A program made the position numbers and the translations under genes. Shown in pieces: positions 1 through 14,894 of a stretch of 64,000 nt of DNA. Each line of letters begins with the position of its first letter. Within the stretch, counting starts at the first letter, position 1. The notes beneath the pieces were generated by a model. That model ran no database searches, was not told where the DNA came from, and saw nothing but the letters and a program-made list of their open reading frames with translations. Source of the stretch: Balanoglossus misakiensis (lineage: Eukaryota; Animalia; Hemichordata); contig CM082588.2 in assembly GCA_040954595.2 (NCBI GenBank), forward strand, positions 4,528,156-4,592,155, read 5' to 3'.

Positions 1-3000
1 ATGACAAGAATAAATAAATGAATGATGGATGATTAAATAAATAATTAAAAAAACAAATAGATAATTTGGTCGCAAAAACCAAATATTGTGACAATTTCGT
101 CTCCAACACAGTGCCTAGCCAACGGCGGTATTAGTTTGACATTTTGACATCCTTCGTATGAGATCGCTCTCGCCGTTAGAGTAAAACTAATAACGAGAAT
201 ATGAATTGAAAAGAAGCCGTAGCGTATTTTCCACCCGGATCGATTACACATTGCAGTCACGTCACAGAAAACCAATATCCGCTGACCACATATCTATGGC
301 TTCCACAACAACGAAATGTGAAAATATAAAACCTGACAAATGAGGACACAAAACTGAATCTTTAACCCTCTCCGCGGATGCAATTAACTGCATCCTACAA
401 AGTAGTCCAAGAAAATGCGATTGAGAAATCTGTGTATTTTGCGTATTGTATTGTTCTTGCCCTTTTTTCTGGATAGACAAAATATCATAGAAATGTCTAT
501 ATTTCAGCCGCGGTAATCATTATAACGAGCAGCTGGTCTCCACGCACACGCGAGCAACTATGCGCCGGGCAGGCATAAAACCCGCAACGGCGGCGAAAGG
601 GCCCTAGTTTAAACGTATTACGAGGGAATGCCGAGATAACGGCGCTAATACTAATCTCCCGTCGCCACGGCAACCAGGCAAACGATAAAATCATAGAGAG
701 GGCAGCCGGTTGCCTACTAAGATCTGGGCTGTTAAATTGGCTTAAAACCAGCGTTCCGGCTCCGAGATCTAACTAACCGTGATGTCGCAGTGCACGCCGA
801 AGCAGATTTGTGTCTGAGCTTATCTCTGTTTCCAATTTTATTTTACGATGGAACACAATCCATGCGGCCACGTAATTTAGTTTTATAACTTGTAATATAC
901 TGCCTGCTAAGTTTGCCGTCACAAGAATGCAGCCGACACCGAAGCACTCCCTGAATCATGTAAGGATTCCAACACCGTTTTCTCTGGCGTTTTTTATGAG
1001 CGCGCTGCCGCAGGAAAGCAATCTCTAGGTACCTAATTTTATTTTGCGGAACGTGTTCTCAATACGGATTCGACTATTTGTAATTTGCCGCTACACAATC
1101 GGATTTTTTTACTATTTAGTGGTAACGCCTCCAGAATGGAAGCTGTAATAGCAGAACACCAAGGTTGTTAGGCGTGTCTGGTGCATGGAGTGGGTGCCAG
1201 ACGTACTGGTGTACACATGCAGACATACAGATGGGGAGGGGAGGGAGGGATGAAGGAATGTGAATATCGCAGTGTTGTGTGATGGCGAGGTTTAAAGTCA
1301 TGAACATATGTATGTAAAGACAGACAGACAGACAGACAGACGCATACAATTCTTTAGTGTATTTACATGTACACATACAGGAATATATATGGACACATTT
1401 ACAATCCAATCCAAGACCCCCACATATAAAACCCCCAAAGTCTACATGTACACGGTTTGTTTGTTAAAACATAAATTATCACCAAGGACAAACCTCAGAG
1501 AAAAAAGCCCATCACTTCTAGAAACCGCATGTTGTCACGGTAATGATGATAGTGAGACTACAAATAAAACAGTCACGCGTCGAGTGTCGGTGAGACGCAT
1601 ATCACCTAAATGCAAGTCACATAAATGGCTCAGCCAATATTTTTTGGCCAATAAAAACAACCTTTAAATTTCATTGAAATCGATTCCGTGCTGATTTAAT
1701 AACGAGGATTACGGGGTGACCAGTTTGGAATAAAAATTCTGATTTTAATAACTTGCGATCTCAATCTCGCTCTGTTTTCCATGAATTATGAAAGAGGCGA
1801 AATGAACAAGGATGAATATAGAAAAAAAAACAATTTCATTAACAGTTCCGGTTTCATTAGTGTAATTGACACGTCATCAATTATGATTCTTGGCGTTTGC
1901 ATCAGAATTCTCCACAAGTGCTTGTTAATTTCACTTCGCCAGTAAATAGGGTTCAGAACACACCTTCTGAATTAATTAGCCGGTCCCTTTGATGCGGAGA
2001 AATCGGATTTTTTTTATTTCAATTTTCTCCCGGGTGATTTTGTTTCCAAGGGCTGTGTTATGTTATGAGTTTGTTCTCAAACGCCAAATTGCCTAGTCTC
2101 TGTTTAATTGAATGGCTATGAATGTACAAATTCATTTTGCTGTTCCATGTCTTTGTCTGCAGTCACGAACTAGGTCTTAATTTCAAATCACGGTGCTAGT
2201 ACTCTTGACCTAGAATATTTTTTTGCGCGCACGCGCGTGTGTATGTGATATAGGATCACGTCATTATGTCTTATGGGGGCCACCCTATTTAAAACGACCC
2301 CTCAATTTGTTAGTCCCATACTGCCGTGATGGGCGAGTTTCCCTTATTCCTTCATAAGGGTTTTTCCAGTTACCACAGGGGGGGGGGGGGGCAGGAAATC
2401 GGCAAGAAAATAGTACTTGTATTCTTTATTATTAAAACGCAATGTTTGTTTTTTAGTGTTTTTATGATTCTTGATGGTGGCTATTACAACTCAGGTAAAA
2501 TTCATGATTTGTCCTAATATATTTACTTTGTTTTTTTCCATCTATAGTGTCCTGTTGTATCTTATCGACAAATCCCGTCCAGACGCGATGCAATTACCAA
2601 AGATACCCACGGTTTTCTGACACCTCGTGCGACAGAACAAGAACCCGAAGCTGATAAATGGCAAGAAGTCTGATACATATCATCAGTTGCTACACCTACT
2701 GTGTCGTTAACAAAGTGAAGTCATTATTCCTGCCGTGAGTACTAACATGTATTTTTCTTCCCTTTGATGGCATCCTGCGAGATGCCGCGAAACATTCATA
2801 AAACGGCCATTTTTGATCAAATAAGGCAGCTACCCCTATTGACCTATTTATTAAAGTAGTTTAAGGACAATGGCTTAAATTCGAATCTGAATTATGCCAA
2901 GGTATTGCACCCTTATCTACTAAGGCCATTTTATATAGAGAATGAAAGGTATAGCTTATCTTTAGAAGTCATGTTTGACATATATGATATTCAGTTAATG

Positions 3001-5549
3001 CCCACCAACGGAGTTTGATTTCAAAAGTTACAGAGTGTCACAAAAAAGGCTGTGAACCGACAAAAAAACAGTACTTAGGGAACATAATCTGCCACTGAAA
3101 TAATATGGCGGAATATGATCGCCGCTGGTGGCGGGCGCCAAGCGATGCAGCGATTCACGTGCGGAAGGCACCTCAGTTCGTCTGGAAATTACAGTGTGAC
3201 GTCACGCTGAGGAGAGCGCTGAAACTAGCGCTCTCGCGTAAAGCCCAAATAATGAGAGAACATTGTTGAAACGCGGTTGTTTCCATGACAATGGTAGTCT
3301 CAGAAAGGGGTTTATTGCACCCTGAAAGTAAGATAATTTTCTTAAAAGAATTGCTACTACATGAAATGACGTGCTTTTTAAAGTACTGTGTGAGTCGTTT
3401 TGGTATAATGTAATATCATCTCGCAATATCGGGTACATGTAATTACAAAATGTATATTTCACTAAGAAACTAGGGGGTACACTACCAACTTACCAAGCTG
3501 CTCCATATAATCTGAACGGCGTAATTCTAAATTGAAAACATAATTATTCCAGACGGAAAACTTTATAGCGGTTCAATCCAGAGTGCATGTATTTTAAAGG
3601 CAACAAGACCGAAAGATATGGTCACGTGATGACCCGGCTTAGGCTGGCATGAAACAATCTCCCCTCTAAAATAATGAATATCCAGTGCTGGTACTGTTCA
3701 GTCGTTGGAAACTGACATTTAAATGCACAGTTCAGGAAAAAAATAGATGACATTTTAGTTTGACGGGAGGCCACGCATTTTAATGGTGGCCGTAAAAAGA
3801 ACAGGCTGTAACTTGGGGAAAAGATGACGCCGATAATAAAAGATGCTAGCGGTGCAATTGAGAATATCACATAAATAAAAGTAGGTCGCGTTTTGACCCA
3901 ATGTTCTGGGTTCAGGTAAATCCGTGCGATTTGAGAGCTAGTGATGGAGAGATATGAGATATTACCTATAACTAGAGCATTTTTTGTTGCCAGGTTAGAT
4001 GGGTTGGCGAATTTGACCCAAAACTCGAAATTCGTACAATAAGACAGTTTAATTGATGCACGCTGACGTCTCTCGCCACATGTGCCCCATTTACCCTCCC
4101 CCTCCCCCCCCCTCACGCACACTATGGCAAGCCACAACACACACCAGGAAATTCTCACATGCGCAGTTACCTGACGCATCGCTTTAATGACTAATTTAAA
4201 ATATTCTATGAACAGCCATGAACTTGTTCGGGTCATGCTGAGCGGTCGTATAAGCAGTGCGTGTTCGCTTGACGATTTTTTACGTGTTCAGCGCCAGATT
4301 GCGCGCTCATCCACGCAATACACGCACTCACCCGAGCCGACCTCATTGAGTATACGCGTCCAACACAGCTGATCCCTCGAGGCCGTCTCGCCCTTTGTGC
4401 CTTTACCCAGCCTCTAATACCAGAGCGCCAATTCATTTCCCATTGGTTATCAGAAAAAAATGTCACCTGGTCTTTATCATATCTTGTGATTATCATAACA
4501 AGATAAGCGGATAATATTAGTGATTTTTCAATATTGTGATTATTAGCAAATTGTCTTAGTGTCATCTATGTTGGTTTGCCATACATGTATTTCCAGGCTG
4601 CCGGGAAACGCTATTAAAGCATTAGGACTGCGTGCTTTCAGAGTCAGGCTTTAGTCTACAGGGATTTCCACAGCCATCCTAAGGGGCCTTTCTTCGCAGC
4701 TCTGAATCTGCATTAGACGGCTAGGTTAAGTAAAACTCACTTTGGAGTCGCTTTTAATGCACCCTGTACAGTCAGTCTCCATCAGAAAGCGGCGTTGGGA
4801 CGCTCTGAAGTGCCGCAAGGTGCGCTACTCTCGACTTCCTCTCACCGCGAACCGAGCGACGCCAACTCTCGTTACCGTCGTCGTCCGCAAACACGGTTTA
4901 TCGCCTTCCGCATTTGAGATTCACACTTCTAAGCGCTGCTTAGAATGACTTTCATTGGGTGATTAAAATCAATACGCTCCGTGTATTTCTTATTTGACAG
5001 TTGCGTACTTTGAATATATTATGAGTGGTAATTATTTTGGTTGACATTTTAAAAGTGTGTTGATATGTGTCGTTTAAAACTCTCACTTTGTTTACGTCCA
5101 GTTTGAATGCCAAATAAGAGGAAAAGTAACTTACAGTATTCCCCGGTTTGTGAAATGCTAAAATGGACATTATTATACAATACTGCCGTAACGTATGATA
5201 ACATGATTCTGTCGTACAGTACGGGGACCACCCTAAGAAATTAGCGATGCAGACATCGACACTGAGAGCAAAATTGCTAACTGAGAACGGAATTCCACGA
5301 AAGTCTGTGTGGGAGAGTTTTATGTTGCGTACATTGAAAGGATAATAAAGTTTTACTGTGATGGCCGGCAGCTGTGAAGCACCTTCGATTTTAATCACGT
5401 CATTTCCATGAAACCCAACCAATGTAGTTTGCAGCGCGGGTCTTGCAACTCAATTAAATCGGAGGTTGTCGGATAAGCAGTTGGGAAAAGGACAACAGTC
5501 CATATCGCTTCCAGCAAAACTCAGTATCGCGTCAAGAACTGAGATAATA

Positions 5550-5609
5550 GACCATTTTCCGAATTCCACGAGGCCGTGCGAGATCTCGCGTGATTAGGTA
5601 GTTTATATG
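5550..5609 (+). repeat. Dispersed repeat copy A (60 bp, core palindrome GCGAGATCTCGC)
   Basis: 50/60 ungapped identity to 44641-44700 by manual alignment. Confidence 0.8.
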
Positions 5610-8600
5610 AACGACCCAAAAGTAACAATTATTGTTAAAATCTGCGCCTTTTCTATTTTCATACAAAACCTGGCTTGTATTACATGGCTAGCAAACCGTT
5701 TGTTCTTACATTAATCATATTTAACAACTTTGAGACGCATTTGCGCCAAAAATATAAAGTAAAGGCTCTCCGATAACGAACGTATCCACGGCACAGCTCG
5801 ATAACAATCATTCTGTCACGGTTGACAGTGATGCATGTCATTACGCCATGAAATGGTTAAAAGTTGCCACCGTTGGGTATTTTCCCGCTTTTATTATTAT
5901 AGACACCAGCGGGGAGATAGTGAAACTGGCATTGCAGTTTTTAATGGAGTGTCGGACTAATGGATTCAACGCTTTTCATGCACTAAATTCAACGAACTAC
6001 AAACAATATAAATCACTGCGGGTCGAATGTTTCATAAATAATGGACTTTTTTGAGTCACAGACACCAAAAACCATAATAAAAAATGCAGTTCTGAAGCAA
6101 TCTGGGGAACCCGTTTTGTGACGTCAGTGGAGTCACTCGGACAATTCCGAACACGTATATGCGTTTTCAGTCTGTTAACTTGCATCATATGTGAATACAC
6201 CGACTAAATCTTCCAAGGTTTCACCCGCCGCGTTTGTGCTTTGATGTCTCCACTGGTGGCCCCAAATCCGTCCCCACGGATACTCCAAAAACCGCTTGCA
6301 GAGACATCACAATAGCATGACGTGACGAGAATTTCTGTCCGCTCTCTGCTCACAATGCCTGACCTTTTCCCCGCCTAAAAATTTTGGATAAGCGCGAAGT
6401 GTCGCCACTTTTAAAGCGCACGAATCTCTTCGCAAACACTATATTGCACAATGAAATTTTCCATCGAAACCTTGTGCGCCGCGGGTGATTCGGATCATTG
6501 CGACAGATGATGACGCATGTACAGTGAGTTTTACGACACCCTTCGCAGGATATTTGTCATACCATGAAATTTGGCATTTGGAGAAGAAAATTTAAGCCGT
6601 AATAGTTCGTCTTAATGGCGTTCTGTCGTTACCCAGCTTTCAGATTATGCTTGTCCGTTGTTCTCATTAAAATTAGCCTTCTTTCAAAACTGGGGAATAG
6701 AAACCAAGCCACATTATACAATCCTGCTTGCGAAGCGGGAATTTTCACTTGAGAGACTCCACAACTGCGCTGAAATGTGAAATTGTCCTCAAAAACTGCT
6801 TTTGTCGGCCTCGTCTTTCATTGCCCGGTTGAGTAGCTAGAGGGCGTAACACAGGGGCAGATCAACAAGTGGTCTCAATTAATCACCCTCAACAAGAAAC
6901 AACGAAAAGATTAATGTTCATCGTGTTCCCGTCTGGCCTTGTAATTCCATGACCCTTTTTAGACCGAGAAGCTTATTCATTTCGTGCACACAAGGTTCTG
7001 TGCTCCTATCAGCAAAACTGAAAGCCTAAGGGTTCAAATTGGGTCGAACTGTGGATTCAGTCTCAGTAAATGGGGTAACGGGTCGTCGTGAAGATGTGCG
7101 TCAGAATCGCCATGGTTGCCACTTTCACCGCGACGTGCGGATGGATGGATGGGTGGATATTTTCATAAATTGCAGTCTACATACACCCTGGTTTCACTCT
7201 TATTGACCACGTGTACGCGTCGACAATGATGGGTTTCTGCCCTCAAAGTCTGCCGTATTTCAGAACAGAAACGAAATACACTGGTCTGTGCGGCTACGAC
7301 ACCGGCCATGCGGTGCCTTCCATCTCTTGGCGTCTCACCATGAGATATCGACAGATTAAACAATGAATGAATGGCTATGATGCATTTTAATTTTCATCGA
7401 ATTTGACCTGTCAGCGCTAGCTAGCATTACATTATTGAGATCAATTGTTCTGGAACAGAAATGCCTCGTTTACAGGCTTTAATTGATGATCACCTATCAG
7501 CAGATACATAAACGAACACATTTGCAAAGATGGATCGCCCTTTCACTTGTCGGATAATGAGAATGTACCCTGGCCGGGTTTTCTGAGAAGCAATGCATTT
7601 GAAAATCATGAGTTAAAATAATGCGAAAGAGTACGACAGTTTCAGCCTAGGCTTTGCTAAAATGATGGAGGTGAAGGCCAAAGTGATAGGCCCACTGTTA
7701 GAACCATGGCTGTCATTAACACTATTAATCACTTTCGCAAAGAATTGCGACTACAGTGTTGGAAAAATTGAAGTTATACATGTATGCGGCATTGGACAGT
7801 GTTTAATTCTACACTTACAATTTCCAATGTCACATATAGGCCTAACTGATTTTTTTCAACAAGGGAGCCCGTTGAGTTTTCCCACATTCAGTTGACGGTA
7901 GTCTGATGCGGCCACAATAAATGTAATTGCTATTTTTTTGTACGTGTATCCTGCAGTTGCATTACCTGTACGACGGAGAAATCGTGATTGGGTCAAAAGC
8001 CGGGAGACTTGGGGTCCAATCCGTCTCTGAGTGTGGAGACAGTCTCGAAATTTGCCTGCGAGGCGTTCCGTGTTTGAAACAAATTTTAGTGTCGTTGAGC
8101 ACGGATTGTGATGCAAAGTGTTGGATCCAGGAAGACGCGGATGTCATTCATATTTCTCCGTTCGTCTTTGTGCAAAACCTTTGTTGAGTAGTCATAAATA
8201 ACAAACCAAAACATACAAGGTGGCCACCTTGTTTTCAGTAAAATTTTAATCGACAATTCAATTTCTGTGCAGTTCCGTGTCAGCAGTGTTCAGCAGCCAT
8301 CTTGAATTTTAAATATTCGGGATTATTTGGTTGGTTTGATATCCGGAAATTTGCACGGGGGTTGTCACGTTGTTTCTCACGATTTAACACTTTCTACCGA
8401 TCCTCTCGGCGGTCGTGGAAATTTCCATTCGCTTCTCTTCTTCTGGCACATCACTCAGGAATCCTACAGCATTGGACAGATTGTCAAAAATATGAGTTCT
8501 TCAAATCAAGTCATTTACTGGCTGTGAAAAATAATCGTCTGGAAATATTTGTGTTCAACCGATTTGGGGATTTCAGGTCGAAACTTGTCGACAAATTCCA

Positions 8601-11600
8601 TTAAATATTCATGTTGTGTGAAATAAATTGCCACCATATTTTCTGGCAGTTTGTTCATTATATATGAATTGGAAGTATGTGATATACACTGTACATGTCT
8701 ATTAGACAATTGTTTCCTTACTTGGAGTGTGTGCGCATGCGTTCATGGAAAATAACAATTTCCTAATTGGGGGAAATTGAAATTCCCCGCAAGTTGTATC
8801 ATAAAGATGTCTGCAGTATGGCTTCCGTGTGAAGCCTTCCATCTCAAGTGCGCATGCTTGGGGGAAAACTGCAGAAGTTTGTCATATTAATAGTGGCAAT
8901 GCTTCTTTAATGAAAATTAATCAGCACAATTCACCACGGAGCACGTGCTGGCTTCCATGTCCAAATGACCCCCCCCCCCCAATCTATTTTCCAAATGAAA
9001 AGAACCTCCAGGAAACGCGAGATATTTCGCAGACGCTTTTGGCGCAGAATTCAGTCACTGACAAAATTGGTCGGCGTCATCAGCGTTATCACCGAGCCCA
9101 CGAGTCACACAGACAGACGCTATTGTCACGTCCTGTTGATTTTCAAACATTCGCAAAACTCCTCAGAGCGACGGGCTCTTTTGTTGAGTTTTACGTGTTT
9201 CGGCACCGGGGGCTTACTACTGACACGGACCGTCACTGACTGCATCTCTTTAGGCGCGGACGTCTGCCCGCTTTACCTGGCGGAGGGATCAAAGGAAAGA
9301 ACCGACAAGACCCATATTTTAATGCTTCTCTAGAAAATGTATTTTGCCGTGAAATGTACCTTAGCAATCAATTTTCCATACAATATTACCCATAAAATAG
9401 GCCGACGCGATGACGGGAGATATTCGAGGGAAGCGTAAACGTTGATATCAGTCATATGAAAATGCCAACTAAGGCCTCGATGGAAAAAATGACATTGAAT
9501 ATATGCTGTGAAGACAGAAAGCTCGAATCCGGTGTCCTAGATGCGCATGCGCCCTGTCGAGAAACTAATGTATCACCCATAGACAATTCTCATCATCGGC
9601 GTTTTTACGAGAAAATTAGGATTAATTTGCAGCCATGGATAATTAATTGAGATAGCTCCCTTCATTTCCACGCATAAATGTGATATCATCAGAGAAAATA
9701 AATCATTTATACGAATCTAAACAGGGAAGCGTCTCCGCCCTAGAAAGAATTCAATTTCAGCGCACCTAATCGAGTCCCATTATTTTTGTGCGGCGAGATT
9801 ACGTGTGGATAAAACTCGATCTGGAGTAAATCCGACGCTGGTTTTAATTTGAGAAAATTCGAACAACGAACGTCAGCCGGAACACTGTTGTCAATTCGCC
9901 ACATGACATGACGTCATCCAACGTGCGACACCGACAAACAATCTGTGTACAGCCATCCGGCTTTAGAACAGTTAAAATTTCACCCCCGGATCCATAATAC
10001 AAGCTGTCCAGGTTTAAAACTGTAGTACTGTACTGACAATTGGAGAATATCAGATTGGTTGTGTTTTTTACAGAATTATAAATTACACGACTATATAAGC
10101 AAACGCCAACTAAGCAACTTTCGTAATTTCCCATATATTTCTTTTTGCTCAGGCTGTGATGGTAGCTCGTCTGCTCCGAAATTATTTTAATGGCGAGAAA
10201 GCTCGATTTTATGTGCGCACATGTGGAATTATAACAGGCTATAAGTCTCGATTTTACAGTTGCCTTGTCGGGCCAAGGCGAAATCAATGCTACATCATGA
10301 TATTTACTGCGGTAAGCTGCAGAGCGTAAACCAACTTGACGAGCAGTAGACTGTGCACTTGAAACTTTGCTCGTAAATGTCGGGCGACGGAAATAAAACT
10401 AAAATCGACCGTTTTACGAGACAGAATTTGTACGGAAACATTTATTGGTGAAACGCATAAGTCAAATGAGGTAAGCCCATAAAATATTGACGAGAAAACG
10501 CGTTCTTTCTGAACAAATTCTAAAAGTTAGAGTTGAATAGTTTTAGGCCGGTGGAAATTCGACATCTTGAGTTGCGCTGAACTCAGCGTTTGATCATTGA
10601 TGGACAGATGTGTTCGTACACCGGGTTGATGTTGTCGTTTCAGCTCAATTTCCCCAGAACGCTTTCAATAGGCAAGTCGATTTATCACTGTCTGTTGGAA
10701 TGGAGACTTCTCACAAGACAGGAATTTTAAACAATGGCCGCTGCGATTGTTATCCAAATACTGGAGGTGGCGGCGACCAGAGACCATCCTTCAGCGCCTT
10801 TTGGAACTGAAGGAAGTGTCGACGCCTGGGATTAGTGTGTCATTAAGGATTGTCACCAGAAAGGAATGTGTTTGTGGAACCATGAATGTATTAGAAACCA
10901 TCTCCACGTGTTAGCCGACTCGGTAACTGTCAACTTAACGGCGAGGAGACGTTCTGTGGTAGCTCCCTGTTCAAACAAAGTTACCACAAGAAACTTAATG
11001 TAATGAGCTTCTTTGATTAGTTTCAAATTTTAAAACGTTTGATTTGGGCTATTTATGTCTGGCCTGGAGGGTAAATGGTCTTCATCAATAATAGAGCTGT
11101 TTCAATTGCGCAGACTTGTGTCTAATTTCACCTGAGGCAGTCATCAATCATTGCATAATGATATGCGCAGGGACTGACAGCTGGTTAGCTAATCGGATGA
11201 ACATGTCACAATGACGTTTTCAGTGGCTGAATAGACGTAGTGGCCGGAAAACCAACGCCTCTTGGACCTACATCACAGTACAGGCATCAAGTCCTGGTAG
11301 ATACTAAGGTGTCAAGTAACCTACAAGTTGTTGGTGATTCCGCGACCGAGCGAGCATACAAACGAACAAGTACTGATATTCATAATTCCCAATTCCTTAT
11401 ATTTCACCAGCGTGTAGAAGAATAGGCATCGAAATATGTACAAAGTCTTACTATAAACTCTTTCGGATTTGATAAGATGTACATGTATAGCCTTTGTTTG
11501 CATAAGAAAATTCAAATTGGGTAAAAACTTATTCATGATTTATATATTGATATGAACACTCAAGTGTGGCTGGTATATGTGTAATATCCTCTTTTGTATC

Positions 11601-14600
11601 ACCACTATTCAAACAGTAGAAAGCAATTTGAGAAGTCTATCGTTCGTGGTTGATTTGTGAGCTTAACGCTTGAATTGTGCGAGATAAATTAAACAAATAC
11701 ACACTTTTTTTCACGAAAAGTGTGTGGCAATAAAATAGGAGTAGAAGAAAGGCGATAAAAATCAGGGAAAGTGCCAACGACTCGGTGTTTTTAAGATTGT
11801 GTCCAGTCTTTCCATTGGTATCGTAGTAAATGTTTGATTTAATAGTAGACGGAATCGACAAAGCTTTGGGTAGCTAGAATATAGTTAGCGTACGGTTCAT
11901 CTACCCTGTTCACTGTGTGGACCTATGCACGAATACCCATGTACCCTGTTCGCGATAGCTTGTAAAAAAGCATTTGTACAACTTGCTCTTCAACCATTGA
12001 AAGAAGCCAGCCGATAGTGAAATGCGCATGTCCATTGTGAATCTCCGGTAATGTTTACGTTGCCAGAATCCAATGTTATACACATGTAACCACCAAATCT
12101 TGAACATTCTCGTTTCTCGACCACGCCCCTTTAATTATCATAAAAATGTTGTAGTCCTGATCCATGCCGATTGAGTTGGTTGCTAGGCAACAACCACTGT
12201 TTCTGTCTTTTCTGAAATTGCAATTTCGCCGAAGATTATTGCAAACAGTTGAATATATTTGATTCCGGCGACAGCTGTTATTCTCGTATATATTTTATGC
12301 ATATGATAACATTACAGGCTGACCTTCTTCGTTTAACATATATTCCGGCTTCCATTTCGCACTAAAAGCGCCATAAAATTAAATTTCTTCAAATTCTTCA
12401 AATACCTCTGAAACGTTTCTTTAGTGCGTGGTACTCTGGACTCTACGAATCGGATTCCACTTCTGTCTTTGGAGAACGTCCTCTTTTATGGGGGAATCGT
12501 TCAAACAAAATAATATCACTAGATTTTGATATAGCCAGTAGAAAATCCCTTTTCTACTCTCTGCTATTCTGAGAATTGATCAAGATAAAGTATGTCGCTT
12601 CGGGACTAGAGATCCGGTGTCCATGGTTACGCACGACACGGTAACGACTTCACGCGCTGGTTCTTGAAAGCACACTGCCGTTTTGTATATTCAGTAACAG
12701 TGAAATATAAAAGAGTAGAGTCTGTCCTCGTTCGGTTTCTGTGCTCGTGAACCCAAATCTTCACGGTTCGTGGAGCACACGCTTATAAATTAGCGTCTGG
12801 AATATGAACATTATTAGGCAAGCGTGAATCTAATGCTAACACAAAACCAAATCATGATGAATTCAAAATTCGAATTCAGTCATTTGAAAAACTTGAGCTG
12901 GTATACAGCGAAGTAATAGTAGCATATTTACGCAAGAAAGGGGGAATTTTAATATAAATTTTGCTGTAAGGATTGGAATAAGACTATTAAATGTCTTCTA
13001 TATGTAATAGATGGAATGTGGTTACATACAGTGTCCTGCATCTTGAACCAGATCAGAAGATCTGACGCGCGAGGCGCTCTCTATCGCCCCCCCCCCTTAA
13101 AGAGCGCCCCGGGCGACAGGTCTTCCAGTCACGGTCAAACTTCGTAATATTAAAATGAGAAAAATCAAGAATGAAAATACATGTATGCAAACATGTTTTC
13201 TTGAGATCGTCTTGCTGAAGCAATTCTCCTTTGTAATAAAACCAACACAGGAAATATTGAAATGCACAGTTCTGTTCTGTGGCTTCACCATATCGTATTC
13301 TGACATGACGAATATTGACCATGCAATAAAAATGTAAATTTTCAACTTCGCGGTAGTGAAGCAATTTTGTTCGTGGCCACGACGCTGCAGGCTCTCAATC
13401 TCGCCGTTAAAAATTAGTGTTCGTGTGCATTGAAGTTGATAATAACATTTTGAGTGTTGTGTTTGGGTGACAAATTACAGCAATTGACTGTGAGCGATTC
13501 GAGTTCTGGAGAGACATGTTATGAGCTGTGTTTTGCTGTATCGTAAAAGCGCATGTCCTAAACATGTTAAACGCCTCGCGGGCTAAGAAGACACTAAACA
13601 ACATGACTCCGCCTTTTCAGCGGTGTGTTGTTGTTTTTTCACCGGCGCAGAAGGCCAAGAGACGTACCAAGGCCTGTGCCTATGCCAGGTCCAAAATTGT
13701 GATGAATGTACTTAGCGCGTTATCCAAACTACATGTAGATTAGGCAATAGAGCTCCATGATTAGCCCCAAGACGTAAAACCCCTTTTAATTAAAAAACAC
13801 TCCCCGCAATTGTGCCCAGCCTATAAAGAAGTGGCATCGTTACAGCAGGGTCAGAGGTCACTGGGTGTTTAGAAGGGTCAAAAGTTTATTGCCGAGTCGG
13901 TCGAATTGGACAATTGTCTGTTTTTTACACTGCTTACGTTCTTCTCTTTATGTACAAAAATAACCGAGACAGTCGTGAGCCGAAGACGAGGGAATGTGAA
14001 TGTCTGTCTGTCCTTGCACCTTGTTTCTATCGACTTTAGCGCCAACGTGCAAATTGTAAAGGATTCGCAAAACAATTATAAAACAACACAGCCCCTTTGA
14101 TTGGTTTTGGAACAGAGGGTCCTTTTAACGAGCCATTGAGGGGCTGCCCCGACTGACAAAATGTTTTTCGCGGGTGTTATTTCCAAACATACGAAACTGA
14201 ATATGCAAGCTACTTGACACCGTGAAGAGGGGGGTATCGTTTTAAGTGCCACAGTTCGTCTCGCTTTAAAATTCAAAGCCATAATAAGTAGGTTAGAAGT
14301 TTGTAATTAGAATGACAATAGGTCAAGAAGAAGAGTATTGTCAGCTTTCTCCGATAAGAGATGCCGCGCTGTCTCACAAAGCCGTCTATTGTTTTTTTGG
14401 TCTTTTCAATGGGTCTTCTTTTGATACAAGTTTATGTCCAGCCATGGCGAGCTACTGTGTTACCCGCGCAGCCTACAACGGGCAAGTGACATATTGGGGG
14501 GTTGCGATCTCCCCCCCCCCCAGATGCCAGGTTTATTCTTGTGTTTACGCGAAAACTTACAAAGTGTGCGTGAGTGACTCTGAAGGGCGAAACAGCCGAG

Positions 14601-14676
14601 CCGCGGCTAATGATTGACAAGCGAGGCGGTATTAACGCGATTCAAAGTTAATACGATACGTCACATTATAAGTGCT

Positions 14677-14770
14677 CCGCCCACCAAGCCGAGCACTTCC
14701 ACAACTTGAGATCCATGCAACCGCGGAAAGTAGTCCCGGCCAATTTGGGGCCATTTCTGCAGTCCGTTCT
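14677..14770 (+). promoter_or_regulatory. Probable core/proximal promoter of fzd9/10
   Basis: GC box CCGCCC (14677-14682), ETS-type ACTTCC (14695-14700), CCAAT (14740-14744) and YY1-like GCCATTT (14750-14756) cluster in CpG-rich DNA about 300 bp upstream of the ATG. The TSS is not directly observable. Confidence 0.4.
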
Positions 14771-14894
14771 CTGCGAGAAGGAGATCTCTTCGAAATCTTA
14801 ACCCAGAACCTTTATTGGACGGATTTTGCGGGTGTATTCGGCGCTGTTTACAGTCTCCGACAGGACTCATTGTAGCAACGGTATATATTACAGT

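Noticed and set aside
3622-4236. 204-aa minus-strand ORF
   Set aside because: No recognisable motif, homology or supporting exon structure.
12740-12779. Hairpin TGTGCTCGTGAACC..GGTTCGTGGAGCACA as a pre-miRNA
   Set aside because: The stem is only about 14 bp with a bulge, too short, and I recognise no mature miRNA.
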